DNA of 62,972 bases, the filler included. It is 4 parts of 4 records of this genome, joined end to end, with 100 filler letters (N's around TTAATTAATTAA, not from the genome) between each part and the next. Parts side by side here need not be neighbours in the genome. Positions count along the whole stretch, not along the records: positions 1 to 14,207 come from SRR20825019_2095; 3 more parts are not named here. One strand, 5' to 3'. Of the stretch, positions 1-13,254 are shown piece by piece; positions within the stretch are counted from its first letter, which is position 1, and each line of letters opens with the position of its first letter. The position numbers and the translations under genes are program-made. The notes beneath the pieces are model-generated. The model did not search any database and was not told the origin of the DNA. It was given only the letters and a program-made list of their open reading frames with translations.

Positions 1-2036
1 GCTGAACAGCTCACTGGCATCTTCGTTTGAGTCGTGGCACCAATACGTCTCAGCGAGACGACTTGCTTTGTCAAAGGCTCGGTTTACCATCGTGGCGTGG
101 ATGAAAGTGTAAGTTTTTGGCAGACACCATATGATCATGTGATTGACCTGTGTGCCTTAGTGATATTTTACGCGCCTTCAACAGATGGAAAGACAAGGAC
201 AGCCATGCGGACACATCCCCCTTCCGAAGATGTGCAATGCAATGGCTCCTATGGATCAAAGGATCCCAAAGTATTGGAGCGGCGTTCCGATCATGGCAAC
301 GTGCTATTACTAGCGAGCAGGACCTGTATCGATACGATATGCTGGCATACCTTTATAGGACGGAACACGACAGTTGTTCTCTTGACCGGTATGTCGGAGT
401 GGCACTGAACAGTCTTGTCACTAAGCATTTCTTGCAGTGGAGTCGATGCAGGAATTGAGAAGGGCATAGAGATCCTGCGACTGCTTGGAGAGAACAATCC
501 TGCGTTGATCTTTGAAAGTTCTACAAGAACTCAAACCCTCTTGGGTATGCTTGACCAAGCCGAGCAGAGGATTACCATTCTGATGAACGGTGAGAAGTCG
601 ATATACGCAAAGTTCTCTTCTTACGGGATTGCAGATGCGGCCGAGGTGGCTGGTGAGAGAGAAATATTGAAGAATCGCTTATCTCGTTGTGAGTTTGAGG
701 TCAAGGGCCTTCGAAAACTGCGTGAGAAAATTGTCGAAATGGAAAAGGTTCTTGGAAAGAGTCTTGGAAACCAGGAAGTGTTGATGTCACAGATTAAGAG
801 CGTAACGGTGAGATGACAAAAAGGAGTGTAGCATTTACTGATCCTAGCACACGTGATGTAGTTGAAGTTAAATCAGATTATGGACCAAGCAGCCACGCTT
901 TTCTGTGCGCGAAGGCAAATGGTGAAGCTTAAACTTAGCTTCCAGGTGAGCATATTCGCCTGATGATTTCACCTAGCTAACTCGCCTACAGGTTTGGTGG
1001 GACTGGCGGCTTCGAGAACACAGCTTCCGTCTTTCCCAACAACACATGTTCAATCGCTGGGAAATGAGAGACAAAAGGATGGTGTTTGCCATAATGAAAA
1101 GGTGTGTTGACTTTTATGAGCTCGCCATGGAATGAACTGACTTTCAGTAGGGCATGGGCGGCTAAGAGAAACTGGCGGCATCAAACCGAGACAGCATCTC
1201 ATCTGGCTGAAAGAAGACGACTTCAACAGACCGGTGTTGCTTTTGGTTGGTGGATGGGCCTGCACCAGGAGAAGAAGGCGTTTGAGGCCTTTGCTGAGCG
1301 AATGCTAATCTCGCGTTATATAAGGTCGTTGAAGCTGTCATTCAGGATGTGGGCACGCGTGTCATCCCAAGACAGGATGCTGTCAGTCAAACTCCGAACA
1401 GCAAAGCGCAGACGGCTTCGACTGGCAGCCAGTATTAACATGACTTGGTGGCGACACTGGGTACGTGCCAGCATTCGGATTCGAAGACTTTCGAAATGGG
1501 CTAAGTGGAAGGGCGATTACGTTCGGCGCCACCAATACTTCAAGACGTGGAAGGAGAAAGCCCGGTTGCTGCCGGCACCATCCAAGATGCAAGTGCAGCT
1601 TGCAGTAGCACGTTGCTACTACACATGGATGACTCGCACTAAGGTACGAATCCCGTCTTCTTCGATAGGTATGTTGATGACATGGTTTGCAGGATAATCA
1701 GGACGCGGCGGTGGGAATGGCAAGTCTGAGAAATCAGTTGAGGAAGGAGGCATCCGACAAGAATGCACTTGAGGTATTCGGCCTCCATTGAACTAAGGGG
1801 TGTTTCACTACTAACACTTGCTCGTCGACTTGCAGGAACAATTCACACGACTGGAGTCAATCTATGCAGATACTACCCGGAAGCTATCTACATGCCTGGA
1901 TACAATGCAGAGGGCTGGCATCCTTGTAAGACTCCATGTTTTGTGTGACGACGCATGATCCCTTCCCTGAGCCATCTAACACCATCTCCAGGGCCCCAAC
2001 ATGACTCTAGGTAACATCAAGTTCCAAAGCAGATAA
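1..2036 (+). CDS. Multi-exon Trp/Arg-rich helical repeat protein, Sfi1-like (centrin-binding-type repeats); 5' truncated, exon boundaries approximate
   Basis: Successive + ORF pieces (150-458, 415-816, 1104-1697) are separated by short GT..AG segments. They contain recurring F/W-x-x-W motifs (AFNRWK, AFRSWQ, FGWWMG, SFRMWA, YFKTWK) and a coiled-coil stretch. Confidence 0.4.
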
Positions 2037-2069
2037 ACTCTTCTCCCAGAAAAATCCTTTTATCACCGC

Positions 2070-3390
2070 TCAGCCCATGAAGGGATAGTTGCCAGGAAGA
2101 CCATACCTGCACACCATATTAGCACAAGAAGAACAACATTCAATACGAAACATACCCTTCGGATGGAACACCTGAACCATCCTCAGAAGGCACCGGGCCA
2201 TAGAAAGCAGCACCCGACATTCCCATAGGATGAGACCAAGCCATGATCTGAGATGGATGCGGCAGCATAGCATGCAAGGGCATCTGCTGCTGCGGTGCCA
2301 TCGGAGCACCAAACATGGGCAATGAAGCCGCGTCAGGGGACCCGGTCAGAACAGAGCGGAGCCCGGGATTGTACGACCCGTGGGACGGATAACCCGCAGT
2401 TGGTGATGCGCCCATCCCGCTGCCCGGAGACCACATATTCATGGGATGATACGGATAGTAAGGAGAAGCCGGATTGCGATAATAATATGCCGAGTAAGGG
2501 TCCTTTGGCGCGTACGGATTCATGGGGTTATCCGGATGCAACGGGCTCATTGGTGACCGGGCGTCATGGTGGGGGTTTAGCGGATTCATCGGGTGGTTCG
2601 GGTGCCAAGGGGATTCCGGATTATAAAATGGAGACGCGCCGCCGTTCGAATAGTAAGCGGCAGGACCCTCGTGCATCATGATGTTCTGCGGCGAACGAAC
2701 AAACGGATACATCCCTGGAGTCTCCTCAACAGACGAGCCGCTCTCCCTAACCCATAAGTTGCGTGCAGATGAAGGCGACGCCCCCGGATTGTATTCCCTA
2801 TGCATCCACTTCGTGAGTGGCCTTCCGCCCTCGCGAGGCTCGGGCCCAAATCCACGATAGTGTAGATCCCAGCCAAACTGGCCAGGATCCGAGAACATCT
2901 GTCCCCCTTCTCCTGCGCCCACAGCCTGGCCACTGGGATAGATTCCAGGCGTATACATTCCAGGCAGCACACCACCAGATGGAGGAGGCGTTCCATCACC
3001 ATATCCCACAATACCCTTCGCATGCATCGCATAAGGATACCCTCCAGTATCCAGCTCCTCATTCATCTCGGGAGCTTCAGCCATTTGCTTCTGCTTTTCA
3101 TCCATGGCCACTGCTTCGGCATTCTCAGGAACAGCAGATGGCTTTTCATCAAGACCCAGGCTTTCTTCATCGACAATCTTCCTTTCGTCATGCTTGACTT
3201 TTTCGTTCCTCGCCTTCAAGGTAGCTGCTGCTGCCTGTTGGGTAAAGAGACGCTGTGTCCCGTACACACGTTCGTCGGCATTGTCTGCCTCTTCCATGGC
3301 TTCCTCCTGAGTGATCCCGCGCAAGGGTGTCATCCCCAGCGAGACCCCCAAAAGGGACAAGAGCAGGAGCCACGTGACTGTCCGTCGCAT
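2070..3390 (-). CDS. Secreted low-complexity protein (signal peptide, acidic region, Pro/Gly/His/Asn/Tyr/Met-rich C-terminal half); 2 exons
   Basis: ATG at 3390 gives the signal peptide MRRTVTWLLLLSLLGVSLG. A 49-nt GTATGT..TGCAG intron at 2155-2107 restores the ending EGYGLPGNYPFMG* with stop at 2070-2072. Confidence 0.7.
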
Positions 3391-3539
3391 GACGATACAA
3401 CCGACTCCTGTGGGTGACACACCACCAGTCACTGTGAAGTACAGCATATAAGTACGTGATACTGTGGCCTTATCTTGTCGCCTCTTCTGGTCAGACCTCT
3501 CCGCGCCGCTCGTTCGAGCTGCAGTCACTGGGGGCTCAT

Positions 3540-3870
3540 CAGTCACTGGGTAGCGGAGCTGGGTGGGTGCTCACCGTGCCGTTTGGGGCGTGTCCGGCGA
3601 CTCGATAAGAGCAGTCCCAGAAGGAGGATCAATACGGCGCCTAGGCCGCTTCTCAGCGCTGCCGAGGCGGCCCCACCCTCCCGCCTTGCCGGCCGGCCGG
3701 CCACTTCTCTCTGCCCCGGGCCGGGTCGGAGCGCGATGTCCGCGGCGGGGCCGATAGCCGCTGGCAAGCGCTACTGCGATTTTGTGAAGGCTACTGACTA
3801 GCCGCCACCACCCCGGCCGGGCGGAGGCGGCGTCAGCGTGATGCGCGCCGCAGCTCGCAGCCGGCCCACC
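3540..3870. promoter_or_regulatory. GC-rich island in the divergent intergenic region (probable bidirectional promoter)
   Basis: Sharp local GC/CpG enrichment between two head-to-head genes. The same pattern recurs at 8260-8580 and 12580-13060. Confidence 0.45.
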
Positions 3871-4507
3871 GCCAAATTCCTAAATTCGCAAAAGCCTTTT
3901 GAGCAAATAGAGGATAGGCTATGCGTAACTTCGTTATGTGCCGACAACGCTATATCAAGACATTGTATTTCTCAAATTTGCGATCTTGCGTAAATAGAAG
4001 ATTTTCCGCTTGATTTGGCGGCTGCCTTCAACCTTGGCGCGAGCACTTCACGTGTGACACCTCGTTTTGATTTCATGAACAAGACACGCATGGGAGGTTG
4101 CCAGTATCTTTCTGTTTCTTAGAGGAAATGTGTGCGCTATAGGCACAGATTTTGTTGGGGGTCCTGTCCGCTGTGCGTGGCATCGTATCAGGGCAGCCTA
4201 CACCTGCCACTAGAACCCAGCCCTTCAGCCCTGTCAGGCTCCCCCCGGCCCGCGGCTCCATGGCCTACACCAATGCTCTTGATTCACACAGCGGGTTCAG
4301 GTGAGCCGAGACGACAGCTCGTAGCACTGGAGTGGCCAGCTAGACACGAACCCACTGGGTGTTTCCGCCGCACCCTGGCTAGGTGGTAGACCTTGCGGCA
4401 ACATATTTATCCACCCACATCACGGATATCTCATCAGCAAGAGCAGGTGTGTTCACAGTATAAGTGAGACCCGGCTGCAGCCCTTGAGAGTTTAGGGCTT
4501 GTACAGA

Positions 4508-5849
4508 ATGGGAATTCGAACGCTCGTGTTCCTGGCCCTGGTGGGCATGGCGGTTGCCTTGACACCCCAGGAGCTTGAGGATCACTATAACAGCGGTGAC
4601 TACGAGGACTCTCTCCTCTATGACTTGCAGGTTCCAGATGACGAGGTACTGTGTGGGAACTTTTGTTGTTGAGTGGTAGAAGACTGGCTTAGGGGACGGT
4701 GATCCAATTTACTTTCGCTGTTGTGTCGTTGGGTATTTGGGGTTCTTGTGTTGTTGTTTGGTGTTGTGAGTTTTTGTTATTTTACAAGAGACTGACTGGA
4801 GCCGTTTACAGTGGGATGGTGCGTTCGATGACGCTACCTTGGGTGACTGGTCGGACTATTTTTCTGATAATGTAGAGACCAGCAACGGGGAAGGTCTCCA
4901 GCCGCACTTTGATGAGTTTTTGGAGACTATGGGCAGTGTGGACGATTTGGACTGGGATGCTCTTGAGAAGGATCTGAGCTCCGATGACTTGGACAGCCCT
5001 AAAGGTAGCGCTAAGTTGAAGAAGGTTCTGGACCAGATTAAGCCGATGAGCCTTGATGAAGAGGATGATGTCACAGCAACCGTGAAGAAGGCTGAGGCTG
5101 AAGCGAATGCGTCCAAGAAGTCGGTGCACTCCGTGAAGAATCGGGTCGCTGAGCTCAAAGAGCTCACTCAGGCGTCGCAGACAGAGATGATTGAGGAGAA
5201 GAAGGACGAGCTCGAGAAGGAGGAAGCTCAGGCTCGCCAGGCCGAGGCTAAGGCTCGTTCCGCCGAGGCTCAAGCTAAGGCCGCTGAAGCCAAGGCAAAG
5301 CTTGAGGCTGAGAAGGCCACCATGGACGAGAAGACCGCCGAGTCCGAGGAGGGCAGTGCTGAAAAGAAGACTGATAGTGGACCCCGTGTGATTCACCACT
5401 TCAGCCCTCCCCCTGATGTGCCCCCTCCTCCTTCTTCCAACTACGACAAGTGGACACCCCCTGGTGAGTTCACTATGGCGTCACCCGCCCAGCACAAGAG
5501 TGACCTTTCTGGTCCCGTCAACCCCCCTCCCATTCCCTCTTACCAGGCCACCAACCTTGCTGGCTCGCTTTTGCCTCCACAGCTTGGGGCTGGTGGTTTG
5601 GGAAATGCCGAGGAAGCTGGCTACACCCCTACCAAGGCCACTGCCGGATACTCCCTTGAGCCCCCCGCCCCGGGACCCCGCGACTTCCCTGAGTTCAGCC
5701 CCACTGTCGGCAATGGCATGGGTGCTGGTGATGGTATCCCCGCACTCAACGAGCTTCCCACTCCCCAAAGTGTCGAGGCTGCCGCCGGTGTCATGATGCC
5801 CCAGTTGAACGAGGAGCCCCAACAGCTCCCAGCTCTGCGTGGAATGTAG
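4508..5849 (+). CDS. Secreted protein: signal peptide, Asp/Glu-rich region, Ala/Glu/Lys coiled coil, Pro-rich tail; 2 exons
   Basis: Exon 1 4508-4645 (MGIRTLVFLALVGMAVA...PDDE), intron 4646-4811 (GT..TTTACAG), exon 2 4812-5849 in frame with the 336-aa ORF. Confidence 0.75.
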
Positions 5850-6152
5850 AGGGTTAGTGGTGGTTTCAAGTAAATTACTAGGAAAGGAATATGGTTTTGG
5901 TTTTGTTGGCGAAGTGCCAGGGGTATGTGTGTTTACAGTACATGGGTTGTTTTATCATGCGGTCCACGTGAGGCCATTGGTGGTATTGCTGAAAGATCTG
6001 TTGCGCTTGTTTTGAAGATAGTCCGCATATGTCTTGTATGGAGCATCTCTCCACACTGGTGACTTCCAACTCACACCAGTATCCATGCGGTGAACACTTA
6101 ATCAAGCACATCTGGTGTGAGTACGACTAGAAGAATCAACTCCTTACTTCTC

Positions 6153-8027
6153 TCACCTTGCATTAGTAGTCATGGCTGTATACTCCTTCTGTGCATTAAC
6201 CCTGTAGTAGTTCTCTTCAACATGACGCATAAGCGAGGTGAACATATCCCGCTGAGCACTCCCGGAGTTTCTGTATCGGCTCCACGTGTCACTAACGACG
6301 GCTTCGTATGTAAGCCGGTCGGAATAGTGCTCTCGCGCAGTCAACCGCGCAAGCTTGTTCTGCAGTACAAGGCTGTTGTATCGTTCCTTGGGCAGAACCG
6401 GAAGATCAATTCTTTGCGCATGTTAGTGCGCCTTCATGACTGGAGGATATACAAAACTTTGTACCTGTGCAAAGACTTGATGGGCAATGGCACATTGTCC
6501 AAACGCTGCGGTTTCACCCCATCATGCGCGTCGCGCGATTCGTCTCTCTGCACAGCAATGCGATCAACATATATGAAAAATGCGAGATTGAAGGACTCAC
6601 TTCGAAATCACCCCAGACTCCTCCTTTCTTTGGCTTTGCTGTATCGACATTATTTGATCGTGGGATCCCAACTGCACAGGGCATGTTGTAAGGAGGAGTC
6701 ACACGCTTGATTGACACTGCTCACCATAGTCGTCCATCAAACCAATCAGTTCATGTGCCTCTTCCCTTTGAGCCATAGTCATTGATGAAGGCGGGTTGTA
6801 TGGTAATCTGCCTCTGCTCCGCGGAGGACGGGTGCAACTGTGATGATATTTGGACTGGGTGGGTGGCACACTGTTGGGTGAGATGTGCTCACTCGGGGAC
6901 AAGGGAGGTGGACTAGCCTCCTTGGGTGTTGGGGCTTGTTTGGGAGACAAAGATGCTCGGATTCTGTCCACATGCCCTTCCACTGCAGTGCTGTTCCTGT
7001 CTGTAGGTTTGCGAATGGTGGCACCGGAAGACCTCGGTCGAAGAGGGCTGCCATGAACACCGCTACCTGCACCCCTCGGTTAGAGCAGCACGCACAACAT
7101 TTAACAAAAGATTTCTACCCCGACGATCGGACATGGGAGAGTCCCTGAAGTGAGGAGAATCTTCGTCAACCAAACTATCAGTGAAAGCGTACGAGTCCAC
7201 AGTGCGAGCCGAGTCGCCGCGCTTGAGCTCATATCTTCCCGCATTGTACACTTGAGGCCGCGGCGACCTCGAGGGACTCACGGGGGCTGCGTCAAGGCGG
7301 GGGGATGGAAGGGCCTCTGTCGGCGATTCCTATCGGTAAGCTGGTTAGAGCCCAAGTCTAATAAGCATCCCGTACTTAATGCAACCTGCTCAACCGGAAC
7401 CTCATTAACCTTCGCGGGCCGGCTCTTGTTTCGGGGCCCTTCGCTCTCGAACATCGTTGCCGACAATACCAGCCTCGCCATGGGAGAACTGACCTTCATT
7501 GATGGCAGCGTGAGTTCCTGCAACCACAGTCAGAATAGTAGCCGAAGCTGGTGTCTCGTCAGATTAGGTTACCAGCGGTATGGTGAGGTTTCTGGATCCT
7601 CCAGAGGCTGACAAAAGCACCTCACGAGACGAGAAGCTTCCCACTGCCAGCGGGACAAGCTCTGATCCGCCCACTTTACTAGTTGGAATACGCTGGTTGA
7701 TGACCACAGAGACTACATCCTCTGAGTGCAATGCTTAGTATCTTAGTCACATTGCGACATGGACTCCTCACCACTGAAAAACGATGTGATGTCACCCAAG
7801 GTACTCACATCAGAAAATGAAGGGGTGACAACGTGGCTGTGGTTGAAAGGAACAAAGGGCGCTGCTGCAAATGATCTGGACTCGGACACCTGCCCGAGGC
7901 CAGATACGGTGCAGGAAAGGTACGACCTGAGCGGAGACTCGACAACGTCAAGCCCAAGAACCGACTCCACGACGATGCGGCCGTGAAACGTTGAGCCCGC
8001 GCCTTTGCCGCTCCCCTGACTTGCCAT
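6153..8027 (-). CDS. Multi-exon hypothetical protein (Ser/Pro-rich middle); structure and 3' end not resolved
   Basis: Chain of minus-strand ORF pieces (7743-8027, 7278-7523, 7063-7281, 6699-6983, 6153-6344) with plausible composition, lying downstream of a GC island. Confidence 0.35.
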
Positions 8028-8259
8028 TGCGCCACAACATATATTTGTAGACCCCACGATATATATGTCAGACTGAGTGGCCACTGACCAGTGTCAGTTG
8101 GCGTGGCTCGTTCACTATCAGTGAAGAGTCGGTCCTGCGCACACCGCACGCAATCTCGCTACAATTCCCGTGCCGTCACTGTGACGTTCTGCCCGAGGGG
8201 GTGGTTGCCAGCGTCTTTGGGCGGAACTGTGCATGCCTCCGAGGTCCTGACAACGGCCG

Positions 8260-8580
8260 GGCAAGTGACCGGACGCCGGCGCCCACTCTGAATCCTATCG
8301 TAGGCTCGCCGGTTCCGGGTAACTCATCCGTAGTCCGCCAGCGGCCAGCCTGAGCCCGCGACCCGGCGGCACGGCACGGCCGCGGCGGCGACGGCGGCCG
8401 GAGTGACTGTGCCTGATGAGTGCCAGTGTGCGGCTGGTGTGGTGGCCGACCCCAACCGGGCCGGGCCGACCGGCGGGAGGGGACGGCGCCCCGCTCCGCG
8501 GGGCCCGATGAGTCATCCTGACCGGGCCGGCCGAAACTCCGGCACGGTGTCACCCGGCGGCGGCCGCCGGCGTGGCCTGG
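8260..8580. promoter_or_regulatory. GC-rich island between divergent genes
   Basis: Very high local GC. Lies between the 8027 (-) and 8993 (+) starts and contains ATGAGTCAT at 8508-8516. Confidence 0.45.
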
Positions 8581-8992
8581 AGTTCCTCCTCGAAACTGTG
8601 ACCGTGGTGAAAGGGTGTTTGAACCGTCCTTCTCCGGTTGTCACTTGTCCATAATGATGGTCTCTTATTCGGTTTATAGAGATACCTGCTAATAGAAGAT
8701 TGGCTGTGGGATCTCCTCGCAGCACAACATCGATTTAGGGCACTCACTGTGCTGACCTGAACTGGTTGGTCGGCTGTGGTGTAGTCATCAGTGTTGCTTT
8801 TGTTGGCCCCGCACCCACCTCCATGAATGCTTCGCAGCGGGCCACCGCCGATCCACAGCGCACAACGGGACTGCGAGAGAGACCTCTTTGTTGCTGCCAC
8901 CGAACACGATCACTGGGTATAAAAGCCCCCCGCCTCCGTTACACTGAAGGGCAGTGATATCAAGTACTTTGTATGTACAAGAAGTTACAATA

Positions 8993-10515
8993 ATGGGTTT
9001 TTGCAAGTCTTGCGGAGAAATATTTCACGGGTACTGTATAGTGCACTCCTTTGTTGCAAGCCTGTTGACTGAGTCTTGTGTAGTGGAGTGCGCTGTGCTA
9101 GCTGTGGTGCTGAGAGCGATGGGAGAACATACAACCCAGTGAGTGGTGAGGAGGTGGCCAACATAAGTCGTCATGTCCAAGACAAGTACCTTCCAAGCGG
9201 ACTGTCCACAGCTGACAATGTTGAAGAAAGCATGCGGCGTATGGTGATGAATGACAGCACTCCAGTGGTTACTCATAAGTCGTGTTGCCTATGCGCGAAG
9301 AAGGTTGCAGTGGCAGACATTCACGCGCGTGCCGGTCGGCCGTATTGTTTCGACTGTTACAACAATGAGGAGACGTGCGGCTTGTGCTCTGCCCCTGTCA
9401 CTGGCGTGTACATTACTATTGAAGGCAAAAAGTTTCACAAGCACTGCTATGACGCTCAAAACAGTCAGTGCCTAAGCTGCCGGCAGAATGTGGACCAAGA
9501 CTCTGGTGTCACCGCGTTTGGACGTCGTTGGCACTACAAGTGCTTCCTGTGTGCACGGTGTGGGATCAGACTCGATGAGAACAACGTGACACAGACAAAA
9601 GATACGCTATTCTGCTCTGACTGCAGTGCGAACACTAAGCATATTCTGTCTAACGTAAGACGTGCTGAGGCGCAGGCGAAAGCAGCGGAGGAATACGAGG
9701 AGAAGGCAAAGAACGTAATCAAGTCTAGAGAAACCATTCAGAAGGGCAAAGAGGTCTGTGCGGGATGCAACCGCATCTTGGATGGGGACAGCATCATGGC
9801 GCTCGAGAACCTTTGGCACCCAGAGTGCTTCAAGTGCGCATGGTGCGCGAAGCCATTCATTGGAAAGGATGTGTGCGTCCGGCGCGGTGGAAAGCCGTAC
9901 CACGGTAACTGCGTACGTGAGGCATTCCCGGAGCTCAACTGTGGCGCTTGCGGGAAGAGCATGAGCGGCACTAGGATGGTGACTCTGGATGGTCAGAAGA
10001 TGCACTTCACGTGCTTCCGTTGCAGCGAATGCAATGGAACCATGGAGGGTGGGTATACCATTCGTGGAACTAAACCCGTGTGCGCTGGATGTGTGTCAAG
10101 AAACCCAGTAACCACTACCACTACCACAAGCCAGGCCGTCAGTGATGCCCCCCATAAGGCAGTGGATGTGCGCAACTACAATTGGGCCAAGTCTCATCCC
10201 CTGAACAACCCAAAATCTGCACAGGGAGGCTTTACCGTCGATCAGCAGACTGGGCAGCGGAAGTTCTTCAATGATGCTGCTGAGGCTAAGTTCAATGCTC
10301 AGCAAATGGAGGTCGGCGCCTCTTCTGGCCCGTCCATAAGCATCCCCTCAGCCACGGCCCCGGCCACTCCGTCGGGCCCGCCAACCAACCGGAGCGAGGC
10401 CCCATACGAAACTAATGACTTGGATTATTTGGAGAAGCTCGCCAAGTTGAAGCAACAGGGAATCATCACAGAGGAGGAATTCACTGCAAAGAAGCGCGAG
10501 ATCTTGGGCCTGTAG
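8993..10515 (+). CDS. LIM-domain protein (N-terminal CxxC..CxxC knuckle, several LIM zinc fingers) with C-terminal SHOCT-like domain; 2 exons
   Basis: Exon 1 8993-9030, intron 9031-9083 (53 nt), then in frame with the 479-aa ORF. LIM motifs include CxxC..WHYKCFLCARC, WHPECFKCAWC and HFTCFRCSEC. C-terminus LEKLAKLKQQGIITEEEFTAKKREIL matches the SHOCT pattern. Confidence 0.85.
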
Positions 10516-10684
10516 AGCATTCCTTGTGCTGTACCATTAAATGTATTCGTGCAAGCGCCTTGACTGATTTGATGAAGTTCAGACATCTATTTAGTTGCTA
10601 ACACACACAGCAGTGATGCACCCTAGTGACATCACCACCGCGCCCCATCTAGGTTACAGCACCGCGCCAACACATTCACGCTCC

Positions 10685-12425
10685 TTAAAGAAGTACCAAG
10701 CCCATCTTCTCAGGGGGCATGTTAGGGGCTAGCCAGTTGTAGACGTAGTACTGCAAGTTACCATCGCCACGGCCGAACTGCACAATGAAGAGTTCATTAG
10801 AAACACAAGTATAAGCACACTCGACAAACATACCTTCAGATCTTCCAGGAACAACTTGTTTTCCATGACATCCAGACAGTTGAAAACATCGAAGTCATTC
10901 TTGCACGCCATGATGAGCATATCCTTCATCAACTGCTTAAGTGGCGTTTTCGTGTGTGCATAGTAGTACATATATGCAGCCTATTCAAACATCAGAACAG
11001 GAACATCAAAGTCAATTTCAGCATTCTCACATTGAGCTTAGTGTGCTTAGGGTGCTTAAGAATACTGGATGCAAGGCAGAAGAATGACGCAAAGTCAGTA
11101 ATGGTCTTGGTTTCCGGATCCTCCACGACATAAGCATATACAACACTCTCACGGGGCAACATCCAGTGCTTAACCTCATCCTCCGTGAATACCTACACTT
11201 TGTCAGGCCATATAACTACAACCAAGGCGCCCAACGCACCTGGCACAAGTTCGTGCTCTTAAGGTAATCATTCAGCATCTCAGTTACACGCTTGCAGTCC
11301 TTAGCTTCAAGAGGCCGCAAACCTGGTGTTGCTCCTTTCTAAACCAGTCGATTGCTCATGAGCAACGTGCAAACATTCAATACAACAGCCATACCTCGGG
11401 CAGGGAATAAAGCTTAATTGTGGACTTCATGGTCATCCGTGGCCTCAGCGCGGAGAATCCAATATCAATGAGCTTCTTGGGATTCAAAGAGCGGTGATAG
11501 TACCGGCAGTACGCATACGGGCGAGTAAGAACAGCCCCGGCGGTATAAACAGCTTGAAAGATGCCCTTCAAGTTTGTACGGCGGGTGACCTCCTTAATCA
11601 AAACAGGTGCAAGGCGCTTGCTCCTAAGCTTTTTGTGCACACACAAGAAGTTGATCTCCACAATCTTCAGATTCCTGAGAACATCCATCAATATCGTGCC
11701 ACGGATCCTACAAAAGTGCTTCCTTACTTGTCATAGACACGGATCTCTCCGGGGATACCAGTGATGAAACCCACAAGCTTCTTGTTGGAAGCAACGCGCA
11801 CGCCAATGTGATTGGTCTTCCAATATCCCGGGGGTGTGAGGGCCCTACAATTCCATAAGACGCTGGGTAATCTAAACGTGCAGGGCCATCTGCCGCCACC
11901 TACCACATGAGAAAGTCGCGAGAGTAGTCAAACCGGAACATATTGTCATCATCCTCGACATAGTTGTCATACAAGAGGTTGTATACCTCAGTGAGCTCGT
12001 CCTCCTTCTGGACATCCACATCGCACCACTCGAATCCAGCAGGGAGCGAATAAGGATCCTGCCTGATCTCTTTGTCCTCCGGCTCAATTGCACGGTGCAC
12101 AGTGTCATCAATTTCATCCTCAACTGTGAAAGCGCTTTAGTTCATTATCACAAGGAAGTGATTTGTACGACATACCAATTTTCACCATAGGTTGAGAATC
12201 CCAGAAGGTATGGTCCTTCTCCAGGACTTCCGAAATATTCTTTCCGGTGCCCACCAAGGCCTCCTTCAACATGGCCTTTTGCTTCTTTCCTTCGTCAGTC
12301 TTCGGGTTCCACTGGGACTGGGAAGGGGGTGGACAACAGCCTTGTTGGCAATGGCTTCCAGAAGCGGCATGTTCACCTCCGGAAACAGAGAGTTGCTTGA
12401 GCTTGTTTAGCTTTTCCTCGTCCAT
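10685..12425 (-). CDS. NMT: Glycylpeptide N-tetradecanoyltransferase (N-myristoyltransferase), 8 exons
   Basis: Hallmark motifs [50 protein letters not shown] and [16 protein letters not shown], ending GLVLL*. Seven GT-AG introns (12124-12175, 11845-11903, 11675-11727, 11339-11394, 11193-11239, 10981-11030, 10778-10833) all restore the frame. Confidence 0.97.
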
Positions 12426-12579
12426 GACTACTGTCGAATGCCACAAGAAAATTAAAATACATATATGAAGGACTGATCAGTTAAGTCTTCCCTGGCTCAC
12501 CGGAATGGTGCCTTGAAGGTCTTGCGACACCGTATGTCCAAGAAGATTGTCCAAAGCTCCATCGACGCCGCCACTCCAC

Positions 12580-13060
12580 ACTCGTGGGCCGGTGCCGCCG
12601 CCGCCCCTGCCGCGACGGGCCGCGCTCCTCATCGATGCCATGCCCGGCTGGCAGGCGCAGAGCCGTCCGCTGGCGCCGGCGACCATTTAATCAACCGGAG
12701 TTGGCGGCCGGCGCCGGCCCCCGGGCCCACGGCACGCCGGCCCCCGGCGGCGGCCCGGCCCCCCGCGGGCCCCGGCCGCCCGGCTCGCCATCGACTGCCA
12801 ATTTAGATTCCTGTATAGCGATTAATCTCGATAAAAGCGTCCTTGCTGTGGGATGCGCCTCGGCGGCCGCTGGGCCCTCAAACGTGGAATCCGCCCGTCG
12901 GCCCGGCCACACTCCAGGGCGCCTTTGCGGGAACTCAGTGAGGGCAGCGACAGTATATCACTGATTGGCCCCCGTGGTGGATCCGATGCGATCCACGCGG
13001 GCGGCGGGTGGTCGCCGCGGCCCGGAAGCGGCTGGCAGCGCTGATTATGCCGGACGGCGA
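12580..13060. promoter_or_regulatory. GC-rich island between divergent NMT and WD40 genes
   Basis: High-GC tract between head-to-head starts at 12425 (-) and 13255 (+). Confidence 0.45.
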
Positions 13061-13254
13061 GCGTACGATCCTCTATTACGAGAGTTTCTCCATCCTCCTT
13101 CCCGAAGTTGTCTCAGACCATGAACCTTCTCACACTACACACTTTCGCCTGCCTATGGATTATGAGCCTATAATCCTTGGTACTTGAGTGAGCGAAACTT
13201 GATTTATTATCGGTTCAATTGGATTTTCATTTGTACTGTGTAACTTACCTCAGC

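Noticed and set aside
3475-3801. Arg/Pro/Ala-rich ORFs in the GC islands (also 8176-8654, 12477-13044, 57691-58382)
   Set aside because: Expected stop-poor frames in very GC-rich non-coding DNA; no domain signal.
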